A stretch of 64,000 bases of DNA from Christensenellaceae bacterium (GCA_963676355.1 OY781093.1:1463010-1527009); one strand, 5' to 3'. Counted from the stretch's first letter, positions 47,331-57,236 are shown. Notes: generated by a model from the sequence alone, not told the origin. Translations and numbers: made by a program.

Positions 47331-48920
47331 TTATGAGTTGAGTAGACCGAATGATTTTTTATTGTTGTAGTAGAGGCTTTTAAATATATTAAAGCCTGTT
47401 TTGTATACCTGTTTGTTTTTCTTATTGGGATGATAAACTTTTGAAACTTTAATGAGGTCGCTTGCCATGCTGAGGTCTTTTATAATGTTAAGTCCCACTG
47501 CGATAGTTATAGCCGCACCCATAGTTCCTGCGTTTTGTGGATTTTCAATAACCTCCACATCCAAGCCTATTATATCCGATAAAATCTGACATGTCATGGG
47601 GGCAAGTGCGCCGCCGCCCACAAATCTTATCTTTTCGCCAATGCATATCTTTTTTTTGCTGCATTCAAGCTGCCATTTTAAGTGATAACACACGCCTTCG
47701 ATTACTGAATGTATAAGCTCGGATTTTTTTGTGTCTATTCCGATGTTAAAAAACATTCCACGTGCGTCTGTGTCTTCAAATGGGCATCTGTTTCCATGCA
47801 GCCAAGGGGTGAACATAACATTGCGACTGCCTGCCGGAACATTTTTTATGGATTCCATCATGTAGTCATATAAGTCGACTGCAATATCTTCATAGTCGCC
47901 GTTTATATTGGCATTTTCAATTTCTTCGATGGTTTCTTCATATGCTAAGTGCTCTTTTACCCATTCTATGCATTTGCCTGCTGTCTCAAGCTCAGCAAAA
48001 TAGTTGTATGAATTGCAATCCGCACCGACTATGCCTGCAATTTTGCAGAATATGTCCACATTTGGGGCGTTTATTACTGTGGAAACCCAGCCGGAGGTTC
48101 CCATATAGACATGGGTATCACCAATCTTTGTGGCACCTGAACCGATGCCAATGAGCGAAGCATCGCCACCACCGCCGAAAACAAGCGTATCCTGTGTGAG
48201 CCCAAGCTCTTTTGAGGATTCTTGGGTAAGATTGCCCACGATATCGGTGCTTTTAATTATTTTTGGGAGGTGATTTTGATCTACCCCTAGCATTTTGCAC
48301 ATCGTTTTGCTGAAGGTGCGTTTTTTCATGTCAAAAAGCATGGTGGAAAATGCACTGTCTTCTGTCATTACAAATTCACCACTGCATTTTTGTATTAAAA
48401 ACTCTTTGACATCAAGCCATTTAAAGACCTTTGAGAAGATGTGGGGCTCATTTTCCTTTACCCAATTATACTTCCATACGGGATCTTTTGAGCTGCTTGC
48501 GACAACACCTGTTATTTTAAGGCTTTTTATGAGCTTTATGATATTAATGTTTTCAAACTGTATACCGGTTGAAAAAGTTTTGTTCATCTGGGCAACTGCT
48601 CTGTTATCCATGTAGCTCATGGCAGGGCGAACCGGCTCGCCGTGTTCATCGACTAAAACAAGTCCTTGCATCTGGGCGCAAAAAGAAATGCCGGCAATTT
48701 TATCAGAAGAAATGCCGCTCTTTTTCAAAACATTTTTGGTGGTTTGGCACATTGCATTCCACCAGTCGTTTGGGTTTTGCTCTGCGCCGCCGTTTTCCGT
48801 CATTGCAAGGCTATAGCCCAAGCTGTCATCTTCGACAAGCTCCATTTTCGAGTTAAGCTTAAAAAGACATGTTTTAAGCGAAGTGGTGCCTACATCATAG
48901 GCAATAACGTATTTCTCCAA
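47331..48920 (-). CDS. FGGY-family carbohydrate kinase
   Basis: It has the N-terminal YVIAYDVGTTSLK sugar-kinase phosphate-1 motif and an actin-like ATPase fold. The TTG start is behind a GGAGGA RBS. Confidence 0.8.
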   Translation of the reverse strand: MEKYVIAYDVGTTSLKTCLFKLNSKMELVEDDSLGYSLAMTENGGAEQNPNDWWNAMCQTTKNVLKKSGISSDKIAGISFCAQMQGLVLVDEHGEPVRPAMSYMDNRAVAQMNKTFSTGIQFENINIIKLIKSLKITGVVASSSKDPVWKYNWVKENEPHIFSKVFKWLDVKEFLIQKCSGEFVMTEDSAFSTMLFDMKKRTFSKTMCKMLGVDQNHLPKIIKSTDIVGNLTQESSKELGLTQDTLVFGGGGDASLIGIGSGATKIGDTHVYMGTSGWVSTVINAPNVDIFCKIAGIVGADCNSYNYFAELETAGKCIEWVKEHLAYEETIEEIENANINGDYEDIAVDLYDYMMESIKNVPAGSRNVMFTPWLHGNRCPFEDTDARGMFFNIGIDTKKSELIHSVIEGVCYHLKWQLECSKKKICIGEKIRFVGGGALAPMTCQILSDIIGLDVEVIENPQNAGTMGAAITIAVGLNIIKDLSMASDLIKVSKVYHPNKKNKQVYKTGFNIFKSLYYNNKKSFGLLNS

Positions 48921-48950
48921 GCTTCCATCCTCCAGAGTTTTGTCTATATA

Positions 48951-49988
48951 TCAATCTTTCTGTTTTGAGTATTTTGTTTTATAAATTGTACGCATAAGCT
49001 TGCTTTCGAGCGGGTTTATGTATTTTATTTTTTTGTGAAGCGCAGCACCCAAAAAAGCAGCGCAATTTTTCTCCACAATCATGCTTACAGCTTCAGAATC
49101 AGGGCCTGAACAAACAGCTCCATAACCTTTCACAAACACAGCATCTGCTTTGTTTAGTGCCTTTTCAATTTGCTTTAAGTCGTATTCCACAGACTGCATT
49201 TTAACTCCCACAATCTGAGCGAAATCATCCACAAGAGGACGCAAAGGCTTTTTAAGATACGACATTGCCAATACTTCCTTTGAGTTGTTTATCATAATGT
49301 TTTTGCCCACATTAAGCTCAAAGTCCAAAGCGGGGAAGTCGGAAGTCTTTGTGCAATAATCCTTTAGAACATCATTTATGTATGAATTTATAGTGAATTT
49401 ATTTTCACCTGACTCTTGTTTGAATTTATTTTCTATATATTCCTTGCAGGCGGCCTCAAGCTGGCTTGCTGCGTTGAATGTGGCTTTATAATCGCTTCCA
49501 TAGCAAAGTGCGCCATGGTGTTTCATTATGATGCAGTTGCCTTTGGACACTTTTAGTGCATCGGCAATGCCTTGGCTCAGCTTTTTCGTGCTTGGTAGCC
49601 CATAGGCGGCAACGACAACTTTTGATCCTAGTTGAGGATATTTTTTGCTATCAACTTCAAAAAAATCAATTTCGCATGCACTTATAATCGATGCATAAAG
49701 CTGGTGGGTGTGGATTACAAACCCACAGTCCTTTTCCTTATAGCAGTTTGCATGCGCGCCTTTTTCAGATGATGGCTTTATGTAGCCTTCATATTCTAAA
49801 GTGTTTATATCAACTTTGACGATATCGTCGTGAGTAAGTGAAAGGTAATCCTTTCCGCTTGGTGTTATAATCATAGTGTTGTCATCCAAGCGCTGGCTTA
49901 CATTGCCCCACGTTCTTGCTATAAGTCCCTGAGCCACAAGCTCTTTGCCTGCGGCTATAACAGTATCTTTTGCTTTTTTTATATCCAT
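48951..49988 (-). CDS. class II aldolase/adducin-family protein (fuculose-1-P aldolase/ribulose-5-P 4-epimerase-like) with extra C-terminal partial repeat
   Basis: It has the GNVS.R...ITPSG...HTHQ...HHG motifs. An extra ~100-aa C-terminal segment re-uses the KGYGAVCSGPDSEAV C-terminal aldolase motif. Confidence 0.7.
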   Translation of the reverse strand: MDIKKAKDTVIAAGKELVAQGLIARTWGNVSQRLDDNTMIITPSGKDYLSLTHDDIVKVDINTLEYEGYIKPSSEKGAHANCYKEKDCGFVIHTHQLYASIISACEIDFFEVDSKKYPQLGSKVVVAAYGLPSTKKLSQGIADALKVSKGNCIIMKHHGALCYGSDYKATFNAASQLEAACKEYIENKFKQESGENKFTINSYINDVLKDYCTKTSDFPALDFELNVGKNIMINNSKEVLAMSYLKKPLRPLVDDFAQIVGVKMQSVEYDLKQIEKALNKADAVFVKGYGAVCSGPDSEAVSMIVEKNCAAFLGAALHKKIKYINPLESKLMRTIYKTKYSKQKD

Positions 49989-50002
49989 TTTTTCACCGCT
50001 TT

Positions 50003-51481
50003 TTAGTCTTCAAGTTTAACAACATTTGAAAATACACGATCAAACCTTGCAAGTATATCTTCCAACATTTCGTCTGTGAATGCAGCGGAAGTGTAGAGCC
50101 TGCTTCCTGCCAAGGTGATGATTCCCTCTGCCATGTAGGCTGCTCCCATGTGCTCCATTTCTTTTTTGCGCCTTGATGTTGCTTTAAGAACTTCGGGTAT
50201 CTTCCATGGCTTTTTCCAGTTTATTGAGTAGTGAACTGTTCCAACTGTTTCTAAGTGGCAAACTGAGCCTTGATTGAATGTAACAAAGGGAAGATTATAT
50301 TTATCGATAAGTTCCTGAAGGCCGGCAACAAGCTTGTCTGCAAACTGTCCTGCTTTTTGAGCAGCGTTTGTGCGCTCTATTTCGCAAAGTGTGTAGTAAC
50401 CGCCTGCGCAGCTTAGAGGATTTGCAGCCATTGTTCCGCCAACTAATGCCTTTTTGTGCTTTGGACCACCTGCTATGCCTGCAGATAAAAACTTCATGTA
50501 TTCTTTTTTGCCGCCAAGTCCACCTGCGCTTGGGTAGCCGCCTGCGACTGCTTTACCGAACACTGTAAGGTCAGGGGACACATCAAAATATCCCTGTGCA
50601 CCGGACATGCCGACTCTGAACCCTGTAACCACTTCATCAAAGATTAAAAGTGCACCGTATTTTTTGCACAAGGCTTCAACACCTTTGCAGAAGTCACGGC
50701 TTACAGGGCGTGTTCCGCTTTCAGGGCCAATCGGCTCTATAATAACGCCGGCTGTGCCGCCACGGAGCTTATTGCGTCTTAATTTTTTCTCCAAATCTTT
50801 TAAATCATTTGGGAAGAATTCTTGAGTGTGCTTAAACACAAATTTCGGAACGCCATGTGCTTGCATGTGCTTTGTTCCCGGAATTCTGATGCCGTAAGCA
50901 AGCTGGTCGCTCCAGCCATGATATGCACCGCCCATTTTTATGATGTTTTTCTTTTTGGTTGCAAGGCGCGCAACACGTATTGCAGCCATACACCCTTCTG
51001 TGCCTGAGCCTAACATGCGGAACATGTCAACTGATGGGAAATTGTCCACTATTTTTTTTGCAAGCTTATATTCATATTCATGGAAAAGACCGGTGGACGG
51101 ACCACAGTGATCTATAAGCTTCATTGTTTCTTCTTTGACTTCTTTTGGGTTGCTTCCCAATATTGTGGGTCCTCCGGCTTGAAGGAAGTCATAATACACA
51201 TTGCCATCAATGTCATAAAGGTATGCGCCTTCGGCCTTGTCTATAACAATGGGGAAGGGGTGGTTAAATGCAAGATTGTGCTGTACGCCACCTGGGATAT
51301 AGTTATTCGCCTGTGTTATCATTTCTTTTGACTTTAGACATTTCAGGTCAAAGTATTCATCTTCATATTCTTTAAGTTTTTCAGGTTTAATAGAATATAT
51401 GGGCTTTTGTATGAGCTCATCTAATTGTTTTGTGATCTTTTTATCATCTGGATATGTGCTTATTGAATAACTTTCTGACAT
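50003..51481 (-). CDS. class-III (GSA-aminomutase-like) PLP-dependent aminotransferase
   Basis: It has an AT-III fold with the PLP lysine in DLTVFGKAVAGGYP. It is the first gene of the operon and has an AAGGAG RBS. Confidence 0.85.
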   Translation of the reverse strand: MSESYSISTYPDDKKITKQLDELIQKPIYSIKPEKLKEYEDEYFDLKCLKSKEMITQANNYIPGGVQHNLAFNHPFPIVIDKAEGAYLYDIDGNVYYDFLQAGGPTILGSNPKEVKEETMKLIDHCGPSTGLFHEYEYKLAKKIVDNFPSVDMFRMLGSGTEGCMAAIRVARLATKKKNIIKMGGAYHGWSDQLAYGIRIPGTKHMQAHGVPKFVFKHTQEFFPNDLKDLEKKLRRNKLRGGTAGVIIEPIGPESGTRPVSRDFCKGVEALCKKYGALLIFDEVVTGFRVGMSGAQGYFDVSPDLTVFGKAVAGGYPSAGGLGGKKEYMKFLSAGIAGGPKHKKALVGGTMAANPLSCAGGYYTLCEIERTNAAQKAGQFADKLVAGLQELIDKYNLPFVTFNQGSVCHLETVGTVHYSINWKKPWKIPEVLKATSRRKKEMEHMGAAYMAEGIITLAGSRLYTSAAFTDEMLEDILARFDRVFSNVVKLED

Positions 51482-51517
51482 TGTGGTAATCTCCTTCTAA
51501 TTGTTATATAATGTGGA

Positions 51518-51533
51518 GAGTGAGCACTCACTC
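51518..51533. promoter_or_regulatory. 16-bp perfect palindrome, candidate TetR operator
   Basis: The sequence is GAGTGAG-ca-CTCACTC. It lies 37 nt upstream of the aminotransferase start, in the divergent TetR/aminotransferase intergenic region. Confidence 0.5.
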
Positions 51534-51667
51534 GCTTTTGATTATAGCAAGTATCCAGTGCGTTTTCAATAAGCAAATTAAATATTTTGCACGTAGATAT
51601 AAAAGACGCGTATGCAATCCTAAAATATGCTAAAATATAAAGCAGATAATATATATGGAGAAATCAT

Positions 51668-52324
51668 ATGGAATATAAATCATGTAAAAGCACATTTAAT
51701 AATATAGATGAAAATAAAAAGAAAAACATATTAGATGTTTCTATAAAAGAATTTTCAAGCTGTGGATTTAATAGCGCGAATATAAATGACATTGCACAAA
51801 AATCAGGTGTAAGTGTCGGCGCAATGTATAAGTACTTTGAAAATAAGCGCGCACTGTATCTTACGTGTGTTGAGTGGGCGATGTCTCATTTGAATGAAAA
51901 AATCAGCAAAGTGCTACAAGAATGCGATGACATTATAGAAATGTTTGAAAAGATAATAAGATTGATTCAAAACAACAGAAAAGAAAACGAACAGTTTACA
52001 AAGCTATATTATGAGATGGCAACAGAAAGCAATGCGGAATATGCAATGCTTATTTCAAGCCAAATAGAGGGAATTACCTCAAACTTATATGCAGCATATA
52101 TCGAAAAGGCTAAAAAAGACGGAAAAATAAGAAAAGATATCGATTCGAGGTATTTTGCTTTCTTTATTGATAACATATTAATGATGCTTCAGTTTTCATA
52201 CAGCTGTGAGTATTATAAGGATAGAATGAAGATATACACTTATGGCATCGCACTGGATGATGATGAAAAGTTAGTTGAGCAAATCATGCTGTTTATAAAA
52301 GGTGCATTGATGTGCGAACAATAA
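51668..52324 (+). CDS. TetR/AcrR-family transcriptional regulator
   Basis: It has an N-terminal HTH (DIAQKSGVSVGAMYKYFENK) and is divergent from the catabolic operon. Confidence 0.85.
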   Translation: MEYKSCKSTFNNIDENKKKNILDVSIKEFSSCGFNSANINDIAQKSGVSVGAMYKYFENKRALYLTCVEWAMSHLNEKISKVLQECDDIIEMFEKIIRLIQNNRKENEQFTKLYYEMATESNAEYAMLISSQIEGITSNLYAAYIEKAKKDGKIRKDIDSRYFAFFIDNILMMLQFSYSCEYYKDRMKIYTYGIALDDDEKLVEQIMLFIKGALMCEQ

Positions 52325-52328
52325 TCAG

Positions 52329-53582
52329 TTATACGATTAACCCGAACGAACCTAATTCATTTTTATAGAGTTCCTCTGTTGCAAGGGCTATCTTTGTTAC
52401 ACTGAAATTTTCACCTTCAGGATAGATATACAATGTATCATTTGAGGTGTTGATATCAACACAGTCGCCATACTTTCCAAGATAGTTGTATTCTATATGA
52501 CATGAATACGTGGATGCGACACTTGTTTTAATGTCATAGGGTGCATCATTATATACACCACTAAGGTGGAATCCATTCATATCATGGAAAAGCTTAGCTT
52601 TTCCCAAGTTAATAAACCGCTTTGCATTTGGAAGACTGTCTACACGCACATCGCACTTTAGCTTGTATGTCCCGCTTTTAACTTCAGCCTTCACATTTTC
52701 ACGTTCCCATTCATACCAATCAGGGATGTGTGCAAACTCCGTTGTTCCATCATCGCCAGATAGTCTGCTGTATACATCCATTGTCCAAGTTTTTTTGCAT
52801 GCTTTGCATTCGAGTTTGTTAAGGAGTGAAGACATTTTATATTCTGTTTTGCAATTAGGGCACTGATATAAAACTTTGTGCAAGCCTTCAGCTCTTTTGG
52901 GATAGTCTATTTTAATTTCATTGTCAACCTGCCATTTAAAGTCGTCATATTGAAATTCTTCTTTTATAGCTTGGTTTATATTCTCTGTGCTCGATTTTTT
53001 TACTTCATCTGCGGTAAAAAGACATTTCATGATGCTTTCGGTGCGATTGCCTCGCGGCGTAAGATTCCAGAAAGGGGAGTTTATGTGATGCCCATGATGG
53101 ATTATAGTTACAACAGGCACGTTAAAGAGCTTTGCAAGCTTACCCAGAGAATCGGGAAGAACAGCATTTGTGCCGCAAAGGCTGTATCTTGCCTCGGGAT
53201 ATATTACGGCAATATCTTTGTTATCTATCACTTTTTTTAGATGCCTTATGATAGTAAAATCCTTGGTGAATTTCCTTTTGCAAATGCAACCTACAGCGCG
53301 CAAGAGCCATTCTCTGCCTATGAAGCCGTCAATTGCGACGATGCTGTTTGTTCTGTATGGATGGGTAGCTTTTGTGACTACCTTAAAGTCGTGAAAAGCA
53401 TTGTGATTTACAAATAGAATATACGGTGGCTTAATGTCTTCCATATTAACTTTTGTGATTATAGACTTCTGTTTTTTAACAGCGGGGAAGGATAAAAGGC
53501 GTATCAAAAGCCGAAGCTTCTGCCTTTGCGGAGGCTTTTTCATGTCAAATCTTTTAAAGTCTTTTTGGGACATCTTTTTCAC
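52329..53582 (-). CDS. PlsC/LPLAT-family acyltransferase with C-terminal zinc ribbon (paralog of 459-1646)
   Basis: It has the HX4D motif (NHNAFHD), a PEG-like motif (YPEARYS) and CPNCK...CKACKK. Confidence 0.7.
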   Translation of the reverse strand: MKKMSQKDFKRFDMKKPPQRQKLRLLIRLLSFPAVKKQKSIITKVNMEDIKPPYILFVNHNAFHDFKVVTKATHPYRTNSIVAIDGFIGREWLLRAVGCICKRKFTKDFTIIRHLKKVIDNKDIAVIYPEARYSLCGTNAVLPDSLGKLAKLFNVPVVTIIHHGHHINSPFWNLTPRGNRTESIMKCLFTADEVKKSSTENINQAIKEEFQYDDFKWQVDNEIKIDYPKRAEGLHKVLYQCPNCKTEYKMSSLLNKLECKACKKTWTMDVYSRLSGDDGTTEFAHIPDWYEWERENVKAEVKSGTYKLKCDVRVDSLPNAKRFINLGKAKLFHDMNGFHLSGVYNDAPYDIKTSVASTYSCHIEYNYLGKYGDCVDINTSNDTLYIYPEGENFSVTKIALATEELYKNELGSFGLIV

Positions 53583-53759
53583 TCAATATACCTGCCTTTT
53601 TGTGTATCATTTTAAGTTACTTTATCAAGGTGAAAAAAGCAAATGATTTTTCCAATATGCTGTATTAGTAGATGCTTTTATAAGATAAGAGAGCAAATTT
53701 TAACACATGACAATTTTTTGTTTTACTTATTTTAAGTTTGCGTGTAAAATCAAACCCTA

Positions 53760-55169
53760 ATGAATAAGACGAACAGACAAAAAACTCGCTATATAAACCT
53801 TGCTTTGGGATTTGTTATTTTCATAGCATTTTTATTATTGCTTCCAAAAGATATTTTCTTATTTGAGGCAAGAGTCGCACTTGCGACACTCATATTAATG
53901 ATTTATTGGTGGATCACAAGGCCTGTGCACATAGCGGTTACGGCACTTTTGCCTATTATAGCTAATAGCTTGTTTGCAGTAGTCCCTATGGCTAATGTTC
54001 TTTCAAATTACGCTTCACAGATTGTGGTATTACTTTTGGGCGCAAACATTCTTACGCTTACATGGAAGACCACAGGGCTTGACAGACGCATTGCGCTCAA
54101 GTCACTTGGTGTGATTGGCACATCGATTAAAAAACAATTGATTGTGTGGTTTTTGCTGTCGGTTTTGCTGTCGGCTGTTCTCCCGAATGCGGTGGTGGCT
54201 GCGGCACTGTGTCCTATAGCATACGCTATGGTGGCCTATCTGGGAGATGATGGCGCAAAGCATAAAAAAATCCTTAACATGATCCTTCTTATGATAGTGT
54301 GGGGAGCGGGATTAGGAGGCTTTGGAACGCCATTGGGTGGAGCAATGAACCTTGTTGCAATTACGCACATCGAAAGCTTTACAGGGCAGGAATTCATGTT
54401 TATAAAGTGGACCTTGTTGATGCTTCCATATCTTGCGCTTTTATCACTTGCGATTGTAATATACATCATTTTTTCCAAGCAAGAAATAAAAACTTTGCCT
54501 GGCTCACATGATTATTTCATTAACAGCTATAAAGAGATGGGCAGGACAACAAAGTCACAAAAGATTGCTTTTATTCTGTTTTTAATACCGGTGGTGCTTT
54601 CTTTTGCGCGTCCTTTTTACTCAGCATATTTGCCGGAGTTTAAGCCTTTTTTCGCATTCTTACTGTTTGGATTTATAGCGCTTTTGGTAAACGGAGAAAA
54701 AGGCGAGAGGCTTATAACTTTTACTTATGCTCAAAAGCATATAAACTGGGGGCTTATGATTCTCTTTTCAGGAGGGCTTGCAATAGGCAATGTGCTGATT
54801 GCAACGGGAGTGTTGGAGAGCATATCAAAGCTTATAGCGACATCAGACATTGTAGGCGTATTGCCAATAATTCTTGTGATAGTTGCTTTTTCGATGTTTT
54901 TATCCAATACGTCAAGCAACACCGCGGCGGTTGCTGTCGCTGTGCCGCTTGTGATCGGTATAGTGTCGGTTATAAGCGATGTACCGCTTAAATATGTATA
55001 CTTAACGGCAGCCGCGTGCAATTGCGCATTCTTGCTGCCAACATCTATAAGGGCTATCCCGGTGGGATATGGACTGGACACAAAGTTTATGCTAAAGAAA
55101 GGAATGGCGGGGGTAATAATTACCTTCCTAGTTATAGCCATATATGGCTATATATCTGTTATAATATAG
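53760..55169 (+). CDS. DASS/SLC13-family anion:Na+ symporter
   Basis: It has about 12 TM helices and hairpins. The duplicated SNT signature reads FLSNTSSNTAAVAVAV, with the first-half counterpart GGFGTPLGGAMNLVAI. Confidence 0.75.
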   Translation: MNKTNRQKTRYINLALGFVIFIAFLLLLPKDIFLFEARVALATLILMIYWWITRPVHIAVTALLPIIANSLFAVVPMANVLSNYASQIVVLLLGANILTLTWKTTGLDRRIALKSLGVIGTSIKKQLIVWFLLSVLLSAVLPNAVVAAALCPIAYAMVAYLGDDGAKHKKILNMILLMIVWGAGLGGFGTPLGGAMNLVAITHIESFTGQEFMFIKWTLLMLPYLALLSLAIVIYIIFSKQEIKTLPGSHDYFINSYKEMGRTTKSQKIAFILFLIPVVLSFARPFYSAYLPEFKPFFAFLLFGFIALLVNGEKGERLITFTYAQKHINWGLMILFSGGLAIGNVLIATGVLESISKLIATSDIVGVLPIILVIVAFSMFLSNTSSNTAAVAVAVPLVIGIVSVISDVPLKYVYLTAAACNCAFLLPTSIRAIPVGYGLDTKFMLKKGMAGVIITFLVIAIYGYISVII

Positions 55170-55171
55170 TT

Positions 55172-55402
55172 ATGGAAAAAGATATTAAGATAATTGATTG
55201 CTTTGGGGATATATGCCCAATCCCAATCTTAAAGATAGAGCAGGAGCTTTCTCACATGAAAAGTGGGGATTCATTTATGATTGTGGTGGACCACAGTTGC
55301 ACGATTGAGGCAATCAGAAACAAATACTACGATAAAATACATGATGTGAAAATTGAGGAGGTTATGAACGGTGTGTGGGAGGTTGTTTTTACTATAAAGT
55401 AA
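55172..55402 (+). CDS. TusA-like sulfurtransferase (SirA/YedF/YeeD family)
   Basis: The 77-aa product starts MEKDIKIIDCFGDICPIPIL, with the CPxP active-site motif. It starts 2 nt after the DASS stop. The ORF-track extension back to 55016 overlaps the permease and is rejected. Confidence 0.8.
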   Translation: MEKDIKIIDCFGDICPIPILKIEQELSHMKSGDSFMIVVDHSCTIEAIRNKYYDKIHDVKIEEVMNGVWEVVFTIK

Positions 55403-55409
55403 TTTCGCT

Positions 55410-56306
55410 TCAGCAAAAACTTGCTTCGCCGTTTTCCTTAAACCATTCTAAAAATGTTTCCACATGTTCAGTGTGGAGCTTTTTGTATAACAAAAATATG
55501 TCTAAATTTATATCAAGGCCTGAGATTTTAACTTCCTTGAACTGCTTTTTGTATAGTTCCTCTTTGACTGAGATGTAGGGGAGAAACGCCATGCCGTAGC
55601 CACTGCTTATCATCATTTTGGCGCCGACAATTCCTTCAACGCGAAGGTTGCAGTTGAGATTGTTTCTGGGAATTCCCAAGTTTTCAAGCTTCTTAAAAAT
55701 GATTTCATTGATGTCTGTTTTGCCTGTGAGTGTGATAAGGCATATGTCTGCAAGCCCTTGAAGGGATATTGAATCTGGATGATCTGAGTTATTAGGGGCA
55801 GCCAGTATTATTTTGTTAAAACCCGCTCTTTGACACAAAACGCCATCATATCCGTTTGGAGTTTCCATATAGGAAAACCCGACATCACATATATTGTTTG
55901 CAACATTTTGAAGTATAACGTAGGAGGGATTGCTTGAAAGCTCATATTTATGCAATTGATATTTATTATTGGCTTTAATCATGGTGCAGGGAAGAGCATA
56001 GTCTGCAAGTGAAGAGGGAGCTTCTATCTTAATTATAATGTTTTTCTTTGATTCGCTTTCAATCTCTTCCATCATATGGTCATATGTTCGCAGGATGTTG
56101 TCTGCAAATTTATATACAATTTTTCCGTCAGGAGTAAGCTGTACGCCTTTATTTGAGCGAATAAGCAGCTTCTTTTTAAAATCTGTTTCAAGTCTTTGAA
56201 TTTGTTGGGACAGAGCGGATTGTGAAAGGTGCACACTTTTTGCGACAGAGCTAATATTGCCTGCCTTGGCTATCATATAAAAATATTTTAAAGATTCTAT
56301 ATTCAA
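55410..56306 (-). CDS. LysR-family transcriptional regulator
   Basis: It has the HTH (SVAKSVHLSQSALSQQIQRLE) and a substrate-binding domain. The likely TTG start at 56306 gives MNIESLKYF. The ORF-track start is at 56381. It is divergent from the yeeE operon. Confidence 0.8.
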   Translation of the reverse strand: MNIESLKYFYMIAKAGNISSVAKSVHLSQSALSQQIQRLETDFKKKLLIRSNKGVQLTPDGKIVYKFADNILRTYDHMMEEIESESKKNIIIKIEAPSSLADYALPCTMIKANNKYQLHKYELSSNPSYVILQNVANNICDVGFSYMETPNGYDGVLCQRAGFNKIILAAPNNSDHPDSISLQGLADICLITLTGKTDINEIIFKKLENLGIPRNNLNCNLRVEGIVGAKMMISSGYGMAFLPYISVKEELYKKQFKEVKISGLDINLDIFLLYKKLHTEHVETFLEWFKENGEASFC

Positions 56307-56439
56307 GATACACCCAAATTCATAGTCTCTGTTATGTTCGATATTAATGGATATTATAGCACCAAAGCCTGCTATTAACAAATCTAATACAGTATAAGAA
56401 AACAGATTGATAGATTTTTAACAAAGTATGATAAAATAT

Positions 56440-56470
56440 TGACGAACAAGTGTTAAATTATTAACAAACA
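56440..56470 (+). promoter_or_regulatory. promoter with a LysR-type inverted repeat upstream of the yeeE-tusA operon
   Basis: A TTGACG -35-like hexamer is followed by the palindrome TGTTAA-atta-TTAACA (56450-56465), which fits the T-N11-A LysR box. A GAGGTG RBS precedes the ATG at 56488. Confidence 0.5.
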
Positions 56471-56487
56471 ATCAAAGAGGTGTAAAC

Positions 56488-57195
56488 ATGTCAGAAAGCA
56501 CAATCAGAACTTCTTCCAGAGCTTCAAGCAGAAAACGCAAAAAAAGAATGAATCAGATACCCATAGCATTGGGACTTATTGTGATTATTGTTGTAATAGG
56601 TGTTCTATTGACTCTGAGAGGCGAGAACCTTGGACTATATTGGATGACGGGTTTGGCTTTTGGTTTTATCCTGCAGCGTGCACGTTTTTGCTTCACTGCA
56701 TCAATGCGCGATCCATACCTTACAGGTTCAACAACTGTAACGCGTGCAGTGCTTATAGCGTTTGCTATAACTTCAATCGCATTTACTGCAATTAAATACG
56801 GAGCGTTTTTAAAAGGGATGCCAATTCCAGGGCAGAGCTATGTAGCTCCGATATCAATTGCAACAGGCATAGGAGCATTTATGTTTGGTGTGGGAATGGT
56901 AATCGCCGGCGGATGTGCTTCGGGAACTTTGATGAGAATCGGAGAAGGCTTCTGGATGCAGCTTCTATCGCTTTTCTTCTTTGTGGTGGGCTCGCTTTGG
57001 GGAGCGCATGACTATGGATGGTGGTATCGCAACTTTATAGTAAGCGGCAAGAGAGTGTTCCTTCCGGATGTGTTTACAAAATTGTTTAACTCAACATCAT
57101 TTGGCTGGTTTGGCGGCCTTATGTGTAACCTTCTTATAATAGCAGTGATTTATGTGCTGGCGCATAAATGGGAAAATCGAAAAAAAGAGGATTAA
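56488..57195 (+). CDS. YeeE/YedE-family sulfur-compound transporter, N-terminal half-protein
   Basis: It has the conserved Cys motifs ILQRARFCFTAS and IAGGCASGT in re-entrant helices, and a basic N-terminal tail. Confidence 0.8.
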   Translation: MSESTIRTSSRASSRKRKKRMNQIPIALGLIVIIVVIGVLLTLRGENLGLYWMTGLAFGFILQRARFCFTASMRDPYLTGSTTVTRAVLIAFAITSIAFTAIKYGAFLKGMPIPGQSYVAPISIATGIGAFMFGVGMVIAGGCASGTLMRIGEGFWMQLLSLFFFVVGSLWGAHDYGWWYRNFIVSGKRVFLPDVFTKLFNSTSFGWFGGLMCNLLIIAVIYVLAHKWENRKKED

Positions 57196-57236
57196 AATTA
57201 TCCTTTTTAAAAATAACTTAATCGGAGGAAATTAAA

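Noticed and set aside
55016-55402. ORF-track 128-aa version of the TusA-like gene, extending 156 nt upstream into the DASS permease gene.
   Set aside because: The extension overlaps the last 50 codons of the permease in another frame. The conserved TusA domain begins at the internal ATG at 55172 (MEKDIKIIDCFGDICPIP), which sits right after the permease stop.
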